The notes under the pieces are model-generated. The model was not told the DNA's origin. It saw nothing but the letters and a program-made list of their open reading frames with translations, and searched no databases. 64,000 bases of DNA from an uncultured virus (IMG/VR IMGVR_UViG_3300027749_002987) (taxonomy: Duplodnaviria > Heunggongvirae > Uroviricota > Caudoviricetes), in the IMG/VR virus record IMGVR_UViG_3300027749_002987. One strand, given 5' to 3'. Position numbers and translations under genes: made by a program. Positions 1 to 9,947 of this stretch are shown here, one piece after another. Position 1 is the stretch's first letter. Every line of letters begins with the position of its first letter.

Positions 1-145
1 TTTTGGTTAAGTAGGAATTTCTACCCCTACATATATATAACGCCATAGCCTGCACATCCGTTGACAAGTATTTTAGCCAAAAGAAAAGCACCCGAAGGTG
101 CTAGTGAATGTTACGCTATTCTGGCGAACTAGCTATGCTAATGTA

Positions 146-418
146 TTACTTCTTTGCAACGCCTTGGTTCACAAAGCTATACATCTTTTCAGCTGTTTCC
201 AACACTTTGTCAAGTCCTGGAAACTCAGGCATACCCACTGTGGTAACCAACTTGCCTGTAGCTGGATCTTTGGCAGTGGTCATTTCCCAGCCTTGGAATT
301 TGGCGTGGAAGTCGTCTTGTACTAGGCTTTTGGCCATGCCCAAGATGTCAGTACGGATTTCGTAGCCGTTCTTGCTGAATTTAACTTCTGGTAGTTTTGG
401 TGTTTCAAATTGTGACAT
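146..418 (-). CDS. hypothetical phage protein (start moved to ATG 418)
   Basis: GGAG RBS and TAAATA motif upstream; terminator-like hairpin at about 85-102. Confidence 0.6.
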   Translation of the reverse strand: MSQFETPKLPEVKFSKNGYEIRTDILGMAKSLVQDDFHAKFQGWEMTTAKDPATGKLVTTVGMPEFPGLDKVLETAEKMYSFVNQGVAKK

Positions 419-515
419 AATAATCTCCTGTGTGTTTAATGTCTGTATTGACAGCAACTTTGCTGTCCATGTATTTATTATACAGTGTACAAGACTGTGT
501 GTAAAGCTGAATGAC

Positions 516-1091
516 TTATTTTTTAAACTTGTTTACTCTTTCTTTAACAAGTCTAACAACAGCATCACTCAGCACAACTTCATAGTGGTTGCAGTCCACT
601 TCTACTAGTTCCATATCCGCATGATGCCGTTGACTGGCAATAGTTACAACGCCATCGTTAGGCTCATGCATAAATGGGCTTTGCCCTTTCACCGTAACAA
701 TGTTGGTCCACGGATGCTGTATCTTGATACGTTTAGCCTGCTTCATTACCCACGAACTGGGTCCAATATCACGCATCAGTCTGCTGAATGGCAAGAAGTA
801 TTGAGCATAGTCCGCTACTTCAGCACCACCATATGGAGTGCTTAGTGTCACAGCACCCTTAACTATATTAGGCATGCTGTTGGCCAAGTGCAATGCGTAT
901 ATACCACCAAGACTATGCGCAACAAACACTATGTCCTTATGATCCTGCAACGCAGTCTGCATATCTTTGAAGTTGTTTTCAAACCCGTTGCGACTATCGT
1001 AGTTAATGTCTAGTCCTGTGCCCAGTTTACTTTTAATATAGTTGAAGCTCTCGCTGGTGGCATTTGCCCCGTGAATATACACTAAGTTCAT
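516..1091 (-). CDS. alpha/beta hydrolase
   Basis: IHGA oxyanion motif, AHSLGG nucleophile elbow, NDGVV, C-terminal His. Confidence 0.85.
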   Translation of the reverse strand: MNLVYIHGANATSESFNYIKSKLGTGLDINYDSRNGFENNFKDMQTALQDHKDIVFVAHSLGGIYALHLANSMPNIVKGAVTLSTPYGGAEVADYAQYFLPFSRLMRDIGPSSWVMKQAKRIKIQHPWTNIVTVKGQSPFMHEPNDGVVTIASQRHHADMELVEVDCNHYEVVLSDAVVRLVKERVNKFKK

Positions 1092-1110
1092 GCCAATATT
1101 TATCGGTAGT

Positions 1111-1221
1111 TTACTGTGCTATTACCAAGTACACAACAATGGCCGCAATGGCCCATGTCGCGGCTCGTTCACCGTACTTGTGTTCAAAGTGTTGAACAGC
1201 TTCAAATACTTTAGTTGCCAT
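1111..1221 (-). CDS. small membrane protein, 36 aa (below the ORF-track cutoff)
   Basis: MATKVFEAVQHFEHKYGERAATWAIAAIVVYLVIAQ; overlaps the upstream small ORF. Confidence 0.45.
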   Translation of the reverse strand: MATKVFEAVQHFEHKYGERAATWAIAAIVVYLVIAQ

Positions 1222-1330
1222 ATACTGCCTTGGCTTCTTCTACTCGGCCTTGACGTGCGAGCCACGCCGCATGACGAGCTTCGCCTACTGAGACTAAGAT
1301 TGTCCAAATTGAGTTAAGAATGGTTTTCAT
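1211..1330 (-). CDS. small protein, 39 aa
   Basis: MKTILNSIWTILVSVGEARHAAWLARQGRVEEAKAVYGN; ATGA overlap with the upstream gene. Confidence 0.5.
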   Translation of the reverse strand: MKTILNSIWTILVSVGEARHAAWLARQGRVEEAKAVYGN

Positions 1331-1512
1331 AGTCCACGGCTCCAGTATTTGGCTTCTGAATCGTATTGGCGTTGCCAGTAGTCTACTTCTGCCGCATTAG
1401 TTGGGTTTTTGCTGTTAATATACTGCTCTAAGTGCGTTTGATAACCTGCTTTAGGAAACATTTCTGCCAGTCTTTCTAATATAGAAAGCATTTTATTTGA
1501 TATTGTTGTCAT
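1327..1512 (-). CDS. small protein, DUF3563-like
   Basis: LEQYINSKNPTNAAEVDYWQRQYD pattern; GGAG RBS. Confidence 0.5.
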   Translation of the reverse strand: MTTISNKMLSILERLAEMFPKAGYQTHLEQYINSKNPTNAAEVDYWQRQYDSEAKYWSRGL

Positions 1513-1659
1513 TTTGTGACTCCTGTGGGTGTTAGTAGATACTCATGGTTTCTACTGAGTATTTATCAAGTATACGTGGCATTGCACAAATAATCAACTT
1601 GATTGATGTTCTTATCATTGTTGTGTATAATACCATAAATACAGTTGGAAACTAAATTC

Positions 1660-1911
1660 ATGCGAAAAAGCACTAGAAGTATTTTACAAGAGTTAAACGA
1701 CATTGGTCTAAGCCGAAATTCGGATCTAGTCATAGAGAGCCGCGGCTCAAACATTATCCAAAGTGCTATCAATCTACTGACTATGATTCGAGAAAACTAT
1801 GACATAGAAACTGCCGCTGAGTTAGAGCGTAGATTTATCAATAGCATTAGAACTAGTGATGCTACCAAGTTCAAACGTGGTATCAAACGTATCCAGGAAT
1901 CAAAAGAATGA
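1660..1911 (+). CDS. hypothetical late protein
   Basis: ORF after a TAAATA motif; ATGA overlap with the next gene. Confidence 0.6.
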   Translation: MRKSTRSILQELNDIGLSRNSDLVIESRGSNIIQSAINLLTMIRENYDIETAAELERRFINSIRTSDATKFKRGIKRIQESKE

Positions 1912-2750
1912 GCGGTAATGCACTTAAAAAGCTAGGCATAGATATACTAGCCAACGGTCCAACTAAGGGTGTGCTGGTTCGCCTAACACCAACTCAGTAT
2001 ATGGAAATAAAGAACGGACTACAGCCTGTGTTAGAAAGTATAGGCGACTCTGGATTCTGGCGCAGTGGCGGTGCTGGTTCGTTTGATCCGGAACACAGGT
2101 ATGCACACAAAGGTACTAGTAAAATTGACAGCGGCGATGTAGATGTGTTCATGGACGCAGTCAGTATTAAACAAAAATTACAGCTAGACCCTGGTACAGA
2201 TGATGCTGGTGTACGCAAAGCAGTAGCACAGCACATGACTCAGCACTATCCCACACTGCAAATAGGTAAGAATGTACACATAGGCTATCCTACCGGGCAC
2301 GAAATAGAAGGATTGCCCACATACTTTCAGATAGATCTAATGATCATGGAACATGCACATGAAATAGGTAAACATCATGAGCACGACTATTCTGTTAAAG
2401 ATAGTCCCTACGGTGGACAAGATCAACAGTTTGCCATGGCCAGTGTGATTAATACTATCCCAGGACATCCTCCTAAAACATTCCAATACAACGGCTTTGG
2501 TGGAGCACTACAAGATCGTGCTACTGGCGAAGTAGTCACACGTGACATAGACAAAGTAGCTGAAATTGCGCTAGGTGCTGGAGCAACTGCTGAAGATCTA
2601 GGCAATGTAGAAAGTATTATTGCTCGAGTGGGCGGCATCAATAGCCCACGCTTAGAACAATTCCGTGCAGATATGGCTAAAAAGTACCCGCATCTGCAAG
2701 AAGGTACCGTAGATTGGTTCAAAGCTATACGCCAAAAAATGTCTCTTTGA
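1908..2750 (+). CDS. pol-beta-fold nucleotidyltransferase-like protein
   Basis: GS...SGDVDV motif and a third Asp in FQIDL. Confidence 0.55.
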   Translation: MSGNALKKLGIDILANGPTKGVLVRLTPTQYMEIKNGLQPVLESIGDSGFWRSGGAGSFDPEHRYAHKGTSKIDSGDVDVFMDAVSIKQKLQLDPGTDDAGVRKAVAQHMTQHYPTLQIGKNVHIGYPTGHEIEGLPTYFQIDLMIMEHAHEIGKHHEHDYSVKDSPYGGQDQQFAMASVINTIPGHPPKTFQYNGFGGALQDRATGEVVTRDIDKVAEIALGAGATAEDLGNVESIIARVGGINSPRLEQFRADMAKKYPHLQEGTVDWFKAIRQKMSL

Positions 2751-2847
2751 GCCCGGTTTTTGCCCAAAGTGGTAAATAATATTACAAAGGCTTTTTAATA
2801 AGCCGCTCGAAGAGTTCGAGCAGTTATGGACATTTAGGAGAAAAATT

Positions 2848-3333
2848 ATGCCATCACTATTAGGTACAACAGTAGCAACAAATTACGGACGTATGGTCCC
2901 ACAACAAGGTTACGGTGTAGGTTCACTATTCAGTAACTTTGGAACACGTCAATTACGTGTATTGAAAGTAACAGCAACAGGAAACGACGGTTCAACAGCA
3001 GTAGCGTTCCAAAAAGATACAGGTCTATCCGGCGGCGCCGCTTACTCAGTAGTTGGTACAGGTTACCAAGCTTCAAACAGCGCATTCTCTAAAGCAGTTC
3101 GCGCACTACAAGTTGGCGCTGAAATTTACCAAGTATTCACACCTGGTACAACTGGTTTCTTGGTTCTTGTTACAGAAGACACAGTTAATGACAGCGACAC
3201 AACTGGTAACACAGCAGACGGATCATACGGTGATCTAGAAGCAGCCGTTGTAGCTAGTCTAGGATTTGGTGGTTCATCTACATGCACTATCGCAACCGTG
3301 ACTACTGATGCCACAGGCGTTGCTTTCGCTTAA
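2848..3333 (+). CDS. probable virion structural protein
   Basis: TAAATA upstream, AGGAG RBS, G/T/A/S-rich, own terminator. Confidence 0.55.
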   Translation: MPSLLGTTVATNYGRMVPQQGYGVGSLFSNFGTRQLRVLKVTATGNDGSTAVAFQKDTGLSGGAAYSVVGTGYQASNSAFSKAVRALQVGAEIYQVFTPGTTGFLVLVTEDTVNDSDTTGNTADGSYGDLEAAVVASLGFGGSSTCTIATVTTDATGVAFA

Positions 3334-3362
3334 TAGCTTTATTTCTCAGGGATGGGAAGACT

Positions 3363-3391
3363 AAGCCTCACTTTTATAGTGGGGCTTTTTT
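3363..3391 (+). terminator. intrinsic terminator
   Basis: AAGCCTCAC/GTGGGGCTT stem followed by a T tract. Confidence 0.75.
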
Positions 3392-3409
3392 ACGACTGTT
3401 AAATATGTG

Positions 3410-3811
3410 ATGGAATACAAACTCTACACACTTGTTGATATTACACATACTGGACAGCATAGGTCTGTTCCGGGATCTGAAATTGCACACAAAAAAGAAC
3501 AAAACTTTAACACAATTATACAAACACTGGGTATACGATCTAATATTGTGTGGACATACAAGCCCGACGTAACAGAAGTATGCGGAAGACTTGTTGGGTT
3601 TGATACTGATAAGATTATACGAGTTTGGAGATTTGATTGGTCCACAGATCTTGACTTTAACTATGAGGTCGACGGTGATCCAGTTGGTATGTTGCTACAG
3701 GACTTTCATTTAGTTCCCTACATAAATAACTTAGACGAAGATATGGAACAGGAGTACGCAGTATTCAACACATACGATCCTGGTAAGAATATTAGTTTCT
3801 TTAAAAAATAA
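3410..3811 (+). CDS. hypothetical protein
   Basis: ORF after TAAATA. Confidence 0.6.
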   Translation: MEYKLYTLVDITHTGQHRSVPGSEIAHKKEQNFNTIIQTLGIRSNIVWTYKPDVTEVCGRLVGFDTDKIIRVWRFDWSTDLDFNYEVDGDPVGMLLQDFHLVPYINNLDEDMEQEYAVFNTYDPGKNISFFKK

Positions 3812-3951
3812 ACTAGTGCTATAATATCTCGCATATATTAATAAATACTATCAGTGTAATTACTATACTACAAAGGCACATAGGCATTCAATCATAAATT
3901 AGGCACATGGCTCGGAGCGAGCACTTGACTTATAACATTGGAGAGCCCAGA

Positions 3952-4353
3952 ATGGCCACGAAAGAAGCTGTAGCACAAATAGCTATGTTACCAGAGCGTG
4001 TAGGCATAGTTGAAACCAAAGTAGAATCACTCAAAGAACAGATCGTCGACCTCAAGGCCGATGTTAAAGACATGCACGAATGTCTTGACAATACTCGTGA
4101 TGTAGTCTTGGCACAGTTGGACAAGATGACCAATGAATATCGTAGTAATGCTGAAAAGTACTATGAGCATGCCAATCATTTAAATGAACAACAGTCTGCA
4201 CAACACAATGAATTAGCTGGCAAAATTGGCGACTTAGAAAAAGTCAAAAACAAGTACACCACGTATGCCATGGTTGGTCTGGCATTTGCCGCAGGCACAG
4301 GTTGGATCAATGCTGTTAACTTTCCACACATATTAAAGTTCTTAGGCTTATAA
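3952..4353 (+). CDS. coiled-coil protein with C-terminal TM segment
   Basis: Heptad repeats, hydrophobic C-terminus, GGAG RBS. Confidence 0.6.
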   Translation: MATKEAVAQIAMLPERVGIVETKVESLKEQIVDLKADVKDMHECLDNTRDVVLAQLDKMTNEYRSNAEKYYEHANHLNEQQSAQHNELAGKIGDLEKVKNKYTTYAMVGLAFAAGTGWINAVNFPHILKFLGL

Positions 4354-4369
4354 TACTGTTAAATACAGT

Positions 4370-5080
4370 ATGAACTTTCAAGAGATCTCAATATCCCCTG
4401 TTACCTATAACAGCGAACTTAATCCCCTACTGTGGGAGAATAATCATTTAGAAACCACAGTTCGATACAAGTTGATGTCAATAGCTTTGCATTTTGCCAA
4501 GTTTCTAAATGTTACAAAGTTAAACTTAAGAGATATCACGATCAGTGGATCAAATGCCGCGTATGGGTATGGCCCGCATAGTGACCTAGATCTGCATCTA
4601 GTAGTTGACATGCCCAAAGATCAACCAGAACTAGCTGAACTATACACTGCCAAAAAGAATCAGTATAACTTTACATATGACATCAACATCAAAGGTATTG
4701 ATGTAGAATTGTATGTGCAAGATGTGCAACAGCCGCATCATTCAGCAGGCATATACTCTGTACTAAACGATCACTGGTTAGTTAAACCTACTCACAAAAT
4801 TCCACACATTCGAGATGCCGAAGTTAAAAGCAAAGCTCGAAATTATGCCAGTAAGATCAATCAAGCAATGCGCTCAAATGACTTAAATACAGCTGAAGAA
4901 ACAATGTCGGATATTCGTAGACTGCGCCAAACTGGACTTCAAGCTGGTGGCGAGTATTCAGTAGAAAACCTAGCTTTTAAACTACTACGTGCTCGTGGAA
5001 AAATTGACAAGTTTCGTAAACACATTGACAAATTAACAAGTGCTAAATTAAGCCTGGGAGAACACCATGAAGATCAGTGA
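4370..5080 (+). CDS. nucleotidyltransferase (pol-beta superfamily)
   Basis: GSNA-x7-SDLDLH motif, DVELY. Confidence 0.75.
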   Translation: MNFQEISISPVTYNSELNPLLWENNHLETTVRYKLMSIALHFAKFLNVTKLNLRDITISGSNAAYGYGPHSDLDLHLVVDMPKDQPELAELYTAKKNQYNFTYDINIKGIDVELYVQDVQQPHHSAGIYSVLNDHWLVKPTHKIPHIRDAEVKSKARNYASKINQAMRSNDLNTAEETMSDIRRLRQTGLQAGGEYSVENLAFKLLRARGKIDKFRKHIDKLTSAKLSLGEHHEDQ

Positions 5081-5783
5081 TATCGTAGAACATGCTAAAG
5101 GTCGTAGAGCCAAAATCTACACTAAAAAACCTATCAATACAATTGAGCCCAAGAAACCCGAAGCTCCCATGAACGAGGAAGATAAGGAACTAGGTACTAT
5201 CACAGCTCCTCCAGGACCAGACGGTAATGTTCAAATGAAAACACCCGATGGCAAAACAACAACAATGCCGGCAAAAGACATGGTTGCCAAAGATGATACT
5301 ACTCAACAAGTACCGGCTACACCGGGATCCGACCTAGTAGGCGACAAGGTAGTACAGACATCGGAAGACTACGAAGAAGATGAACATGAGCATCCAAGTC
5401 ATGCACATTTTCACGATTGGATGAATAGTGAGCATGCTCCGCACGACGATGATAGTGGGGACCATGACATGGTATTCAATAAGGCACTACACTTCTTGTC
5501 GGATAAAGTCCACCCAGGCGATATCGAAAATTATGCACACCATTTGACACACAAATTCCACGGTGGGGGAGTTGACGAAGCACAAAGTCCGTTTCCAAGC
5601 CGCAATGAGCCCACAAAAGAAAATCATGGCGAAATAGGCCGAGATGCTGGAGATGCATACATCGCTGATATCCTAGCACAACCTGAAGATGAGTTAGGTC
5701 ATGCTCATGTAAATGAAAGAGCCAATACATTCGGTGCTAAATCTGAATTAGAACACATGTTGCGAATTGCAGGTCTACGATGA
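5067..5783 (+). CDS. acidic/His-rich probable head-internal protein
   Basis: N-terminal MKISDIVE, C-terminal LEHMLRIAGL. Confidence 0.5.
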   Translation: MKISDIVEHAKGRRAKIYTKKPINTIEPKKPEAPMNEEDKELGTITAPPGPDGNVQMKTPDGKTTTMPAKDMVAKDDTTQQVPATPGSDLVGDKVVQTSEDYEEDEHEHPSHAHFHDWMNSEHAPHDDDSGDHDMVFNKALHFLSDKVHPGDIENYAHHLTHKFHGGGVDEAQSPFPSRNEPTKENHGEIGRDAGDAYIADILAQPEDELGHAHVNERANTFGAKSELEHMLRIAGLR

Positions 5784-5986
5784 AAATAAACGAATTAGTA
5801 GGTGAGTTTGGAATCTGGACAACTAATGAAGAAGCAGAGTTGCTGTCCAGATTAAAGACCCCTGTTAAATTAAGCAACCTGAGTGAGCATGATCAATTCA
5901 GGATTCAGACACTCATACGTAAGAGTTTGGTAACTAAGAGTGGAATGAAAGATCCTACTGTAGTTGCAAATGAAAAAACAATCTAA
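5780..5986 (+). CDS. hypothetical protein
   Basis: ATGA-coupled ORF. Confidence 0.6.
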   Translation: MKINELVGEFGIWTTNEEAELLSRLKTPVKLSNLSEHDQFRIQTLIRKSLVTKSGMKDPTVVANEKTI

Positions 5987-6452
5987 AAATACAAAACCTA
6001 AAACTCCTGCTCTTAAAAATAAATCTAAAATGATTAAAGAGCTGGCTCAGCATTTTGAGGAAACCTTAAATGCTAAACTGCCTATTGCAATACAGCCCGA
6101 CGGCAGTATTGTTTATAAAACATTTGTGATCAGACAACAAGCCACTGGCAACTGGGGATTATACAATATAAACTCTCGAGATTTGATAGAACAGTTTTTC
6201 TTAAAAACCAGTGCCCTGTTAGCGGCCAGAGCATACAGCAAGACATTTTTAGAAAAGTTCTTTGAAATTAAAGAACTCGACAATCAATACTGGGCAAACT
6301 ACTCAGACACCTTAATTTACGCACATAATATACAAAAAGCTAAAGATTTTGAAAGATTTCAAATATTATTAACTAGATTAGAACACAGCAGATTACTAAC
6401 TGAACAATTCAAGGACAGGATTTCCAAGATGTTTAAGTGGTCGTTCGTATAA
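5970..6452 (+). CDS. hypothetical protein
   Basis: Long ORF within an operon. Confidence 0.6.
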   Translation: MKKQSKNTKPKTPALKNKSKMIKELAQHFEETLNAKLPIAIQPDGSIVYKTFVIRQQATGNWGLYNINSRDLIEQFFLKTSALLAARAYSKTFLEKFFEIKELDNQYWANYSDTLIYAHNIQKAKDFERFQILLTRLEHSRLLTEQFKDRISKMFKWSFV

Positions 6453-6482
6453 ATACATACAATAGAAGCTTAGGATACCACC

Positions 6483-7457
6483 ATGCAAATTAGAGACTTA
6501 TCAAAACCTGTTACTAGCAAGCGTTTAAATGAAAGTATGGCAAAGAAATTTGGCTATACTATTAATTTCGAACAATTCAGCGATGTCCAACTAGAGGACG
6601 CTCGCAATAAGCTACGTACTAAAATTAGTCAGCTTGAAGTTAATGAAAGCTATGACGGAATGCTAGAAAGCACTGAATATCAAAAAACACGACTAATGTT
6701 AGACTGTGTTAACCAGGCAATTTTAGAAAGAGAAGATTGTTGTGATGCATGCAACAAGAATCCATGTGAGTGCGATGAAGAAGAACATGAACACAAGGCT
6801 GAGAAGAAAGCAGAACTACGTAAAAAAGTACACGCAGATAAATTAAAAGAAAAAGCTATGGAGCATTCAGTTCCTGAGTCATGGATTGATTCAGCTATTG
6901 AGCGCATTGAATTAGGCGAATCAGATGAAGAAGAACTCACAGCAGAATTAACAACACGATATGATCTAAGTGAAGCAGTGGCTAATCATATTGTATACCT
7001 AGCAGAAGGCGAAGAAGACAAAGCTGAAGTTATCATGGCAACAAAAGATATGGTTGACCGTATCACAGGCTGGCTAGAAGATGTGGCTGCAATGAAAGCA
7101 GAACAACTACTAGAATTAACAGACTCTATAAGAGAAACCCTAGGCAGCGATGTTGCGCAACAATATACAGAACAAGTAAAACCAGCCCTTGAAGCAATTT
7201 ATACAGCATTAGAAACAAGCCGTCAAGGCTTGTCAGGCGCATTGGCACTAGTATCAGGCGGTGAGGCTCCAACAATGGGCGGTGCTCCAGCAGGCGGCGG
7301 TATGCCTCCAGTTGGTGCTCCAGAAGCAGGCGGCGAAATGGGCGGCACTCCAGAAGAAGCAGGCGCAATGCCAGCTCCAGACGCTGGCCGTGAAAAGCGT
7401 GAAAGTGTCGACTACAGTCGTCGACTAGGCATGTTACTGAACTCAAAAAAAAAGTAA
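6483..7457 (+). CDS. acidic coiled-coil probable prohead core/scaffold protein; ends in an A AAA AAG slippery site
   Basis: TAAATA upstream, Glu-rich, AAAAAAG-TAA at the 3' end. Confidence 0.55.
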   Translation: MQIRDLSKPVTSKRLNESMAKKFGYTINFEQFSDVQLEDARNKLRTKISQLEVNESYDGMLESTEYQKTRLMLDCVNQAILEREDCCDACNKNPCECDEEEHEHKAEKKAELRKKVHADKLKEKAMEHSVPESWIDSAIERIELGESDEEELTAELTTRYDLSEAVANHIVYLAEGEEDKAEVIMATKDMVDRITGWLEDVAAMKAEQLLELTDSIRETLGSDVAQQYTEQVKPALEAIYTALETSRQGLSGALALVSGGEAPTMGGAPAGGGMPPVGAPEAGGEMGGTPEEAGAMPAPDAGREKRESVDYSRRLGMLLNSKKK

Positions 7458-7465
7458 TTGAAAGT

Positions 7466-7777
7466 ATGGGCGACCCATTAGTGGCAACACTAATGAGTCT
7501 CCAAGCTAATGCCAATAACAAAAATGCCCAAGGTTCTTACACCTGGGATGCAATAAACTCCATTAGTAAAAATCAAGGTGCTCCGATGATCCGTTACGAT
7601 CAGTTTGCCGCACGTTGGGAAAATGATCCTATGCTTAAACAGATCGTTGATCGCTTTGACGGGCACGGTTTAGTAATCAAAACCAATGCCGCCGAACCTG
7701 AAAAGCATGGCGGCAACAAGAAAAGCAAAATAAGCCAAATGGCTAAAAGAGCTACAGGCAAAGCATTAAAGAAATAA
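7466..7777 (+). CDS. hypothetical protein; probably a -1 frameshift extension of the upstream gene
   Basis: Its frame is open from the upstream slippery site; no clear RBS. Confidence 0.6.
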   Translation: MGDPLVATLMSLQANANNKNAQGSYTWDAINSISKNQGAPMIRYDQFAARWENDPMLKQIVDRFDGHGLVIKTNAAEPEKHGGNKKSKISQMAKRATGKALKK

Positions 7778-7780
7778 CGT

Positions 7781-8452
7781 ATGCCCATACCTTCAACACA
7801 TTGGTATACAAAACCTGACACTCCTATAATATTACTAGGAAGTATTGAAAGGTCAATACTTGAACCACTTGCAACCTATATATTAGGTAACATAAAAGCA
7901 GAACGAGTAAGAAGATATCCAGAATGGTGGGATGGAATACATTGGATGCAGTTTCCTTTTTTCTTTCGAAAATATCAAGATCACATGCACTTATTAGATA
8001 ATCCTGCGAACGAAAATAAGTACGATCAAATAGTAAAAATAAACGAGTTATCTCAAGATATATTTGCTAGAGTTGAAGAGCTAAATCCTGGATTCAGTAT
8101 CTATCTAGCCGAAGTTAATTACATGTCGCCCGCGGCTTGCATTAAAGCTCACGTAGATAATTCCACTGGAGAATTTTGGTGGATAAACATGACTCGCAGA
8201 GTGCATGTGCCAATCACTACCAATGCTGAAACTATGATGACTTGTGGCAATATGTCTATGTGTATGGAAATTGGGTCAGTATATGAGTTTAATAATATAG
8301 TAATGCATTCTGGCGCCAACAATGGCACCAGTCCGAGAACCCACATAGTATTAGATCTTGTTCCAACTGAATATTTTGATGAATTTGAAAATTATATAGT
8401 AAACATATTTTGGAAAGGAAATAGTCAAGGAAAATCATGGTGGACAAAATAA
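7781..8452 (+). CDS. Asp/Asn beta-hydroxylase-type 2OG-Fe(II) oxygenase
   Basis: HVD, RVHVPI, H-x2-N, RTHIVLD motifs. Confidence 0.8.
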   Translation: MPIPSTHWYTKPDTPIILLGSIERSILEPLATYILGNIKAERVRRYPEWWDGIHWMQFPFFFRKYQDHMHLLDNPANENKYDQIVKINELSQDIFARVEELNPGFSIYLAEVNYMSPAACIKAHVDNSTGEFWWINMTRRVHVPITTNAETMMTCGNMSMCMEIGSVYEFNNIVMHSGANNGTSPRTHIVLDLVPTEYFDEFENYIVNIFWKGNSQGKSWWTK

Positions 8453-8473
8453 AGCCGTTATCCTTAAAAAACT

Positions 8474-9148
8474 ATGCTCACACCTTCAACACATTGGTAC
8501 ACTAAACCAGATACTCCTATAATATTACTAGGCGATATTGATAAATCTATGCTAGAGCCTCTTGCCGCCTGTGTGGCAGGCAACCTAAGAGAAGAACGCA
8601 CACAGCATTTTCCAGAAAAGTTTAAAGGTATACACTGGCATCAGTTTCCATTCTTCTTTCGCACATACTCGCATAAATTTAAAAAACTTCACCCTGCTTT
8701 AACAACAAAGTATTTTGAGGAAATTTCAGAAATATACGATGTATGCGAGGGTATATTTACTAGAGTTGAAGAATTAAATCCAGGATTTTCCATCTATATC
8801 GCAGACATAAACTATATGGCTCCGGGAACAGCAATTAAGCCTCATATAGATAATGAAGACGGATCTGTATGGTGGTTTACTATGACTAAGAGGGTACATG
8901 TACCTATTACCACTAATGCTGACACTATAATGACTTGTGGCAATATGTCTATGTGTATGGAAATTGGATCAGTATATGAGTTTAACAATATGGTCACACA
9001 TTTTGGTGCTAATAATGGTTCTAGTTCTAGAACGCATGTTGTAATCGATTTAATCCCAACAGAGTATTTTGATGAATTTGAAAATTATATACGAACTATA
9101 GTTTGGAAAAAAAATAAAGGTTGGGACATTGCTTGGTATCAAAGATAG
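8474..9148 (+). CDS. Asp/Asn beta-hydroxylase-type oxygenase (tandem paralog)
   Basis: HID, RVHVPI, RTHVVID; near-identical blocks with the upstream gene. Confidence 0.8.
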   Translation: MLTPSTHWYTKPDTPIILLGDIDKSMLEPLAACVAGNLREERTQHFPEKFKGIHWHQFPFFFRTYSHKFKKLHPALTTKYFEEISEIYDVCEGIFTRVEELNPGFSIYIADINYMAPGTAIKPHIDNEDGSVWWFTMTKRVHVPITTNADTIMTCGNMSMCMEIGSVYEFNNMVTHFGANNGSSSRTHVVIDLIPTEYFDEFENYIRTIVWKKNKGWDIAWYQR

Positions 9149-9203
9149 TACTAGCATCGCCAATAAAGATTGACTTACACTATAAATTGTTGTATAATTA
9201 TTG

Positions 9204-9920
9204 ATGACTTTATTAAAAGAACGGTATAACTACGAACCTATCAATAGAGAAAGCGTAGAAGGTAAGAGACTGTATGCACTACCAGATGGTAGCAAAGTTC
9301 CTAGTGTAACTACAATCCTAGACAAAACCAAAAGCGAAGAAAAGAAGCAAGCACTTGCTAATTGGAAAAAACGTGTCGGCGAAGTTAAAGCACAAGAAAT
9401 CGTAACTGAAGCGGCCGGTCGTGGCACACGTATGCACAAGTTCCTAGAGGACTATGTCAAACAGGGCTCTATCAACGAACCTGGAACAAATCCTTATAGT
9501 ATACAAAGTCACAAGATGGCCAAGGTTGTTATTGAACAAGGGTTGTCTAATGTCAACGAAGTCTGGGGTGTGGAAGTTCCCTTGTACTATCCCGGAATAT
9601 ATGCTGGAACTACTGACGGCTGCGGGCTTCATCTAAATGACGAAGCTATCCTAGATTACAAGCAAACAAATAAAGCTAAAAAAGAAGAGTGGATTGAAGA
9701 TTATTATCTGCAATTAACTGCCTATGCGCTAGCCCACAATAAAGTACACGGAAGTAATATACGCAAAGGTGTCGTGCTAATGTGTATTAAGCCGCCTGAA
9801 ATCAAGCCATTAATTTGGGGAGATCCTGTATATCAGGAATTTATATTAAAACCTGAAGATTTTAGCTATTGGGAAGCTAAGTGGTGGGACAAGGTGGAAC
9901 AATACTACAAACAGATGTGA
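9204..9920 (+). CDS. PD-(D/E)XK exonuclease
   Basis: PSVTTIL, RGTRMH, AGTTD...DYKQ, QLTAY; sigma70 promoter upstream. Confidence 0.85.
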   Translation: MTLLKERYNYEPINRESVEGKRLYALPDGSKVPSVTTILDKTKSEEKKQALANWKKRVGEVKAQEIVTEAAGRGTRMHKFLEDYVKQGSINEPGTNPYSIQSHKMAKVVIEQGLSNVNEVWGVEVPLYYPGIYAGTTDGCGLHLNDEAILDYKQTNKAKKEEWIEDYYLQLTAYALAHNKVHGSNIRKGVVLMCIKPPEIKPLIWGDPVYQEFILKPEDFSYWEAKWWDKVEQYYKQM

Positions 9921-9947
9921 TAAATATCCTATATAGGGGATATTTCC

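Noticed and set aside
9204..9920. Cas4/CRISPR association of the nuclease
   Set aside because: No array or other cas genes, and no clear four-Cys cluster motif; a stand-alone phage exonuclease fits better.
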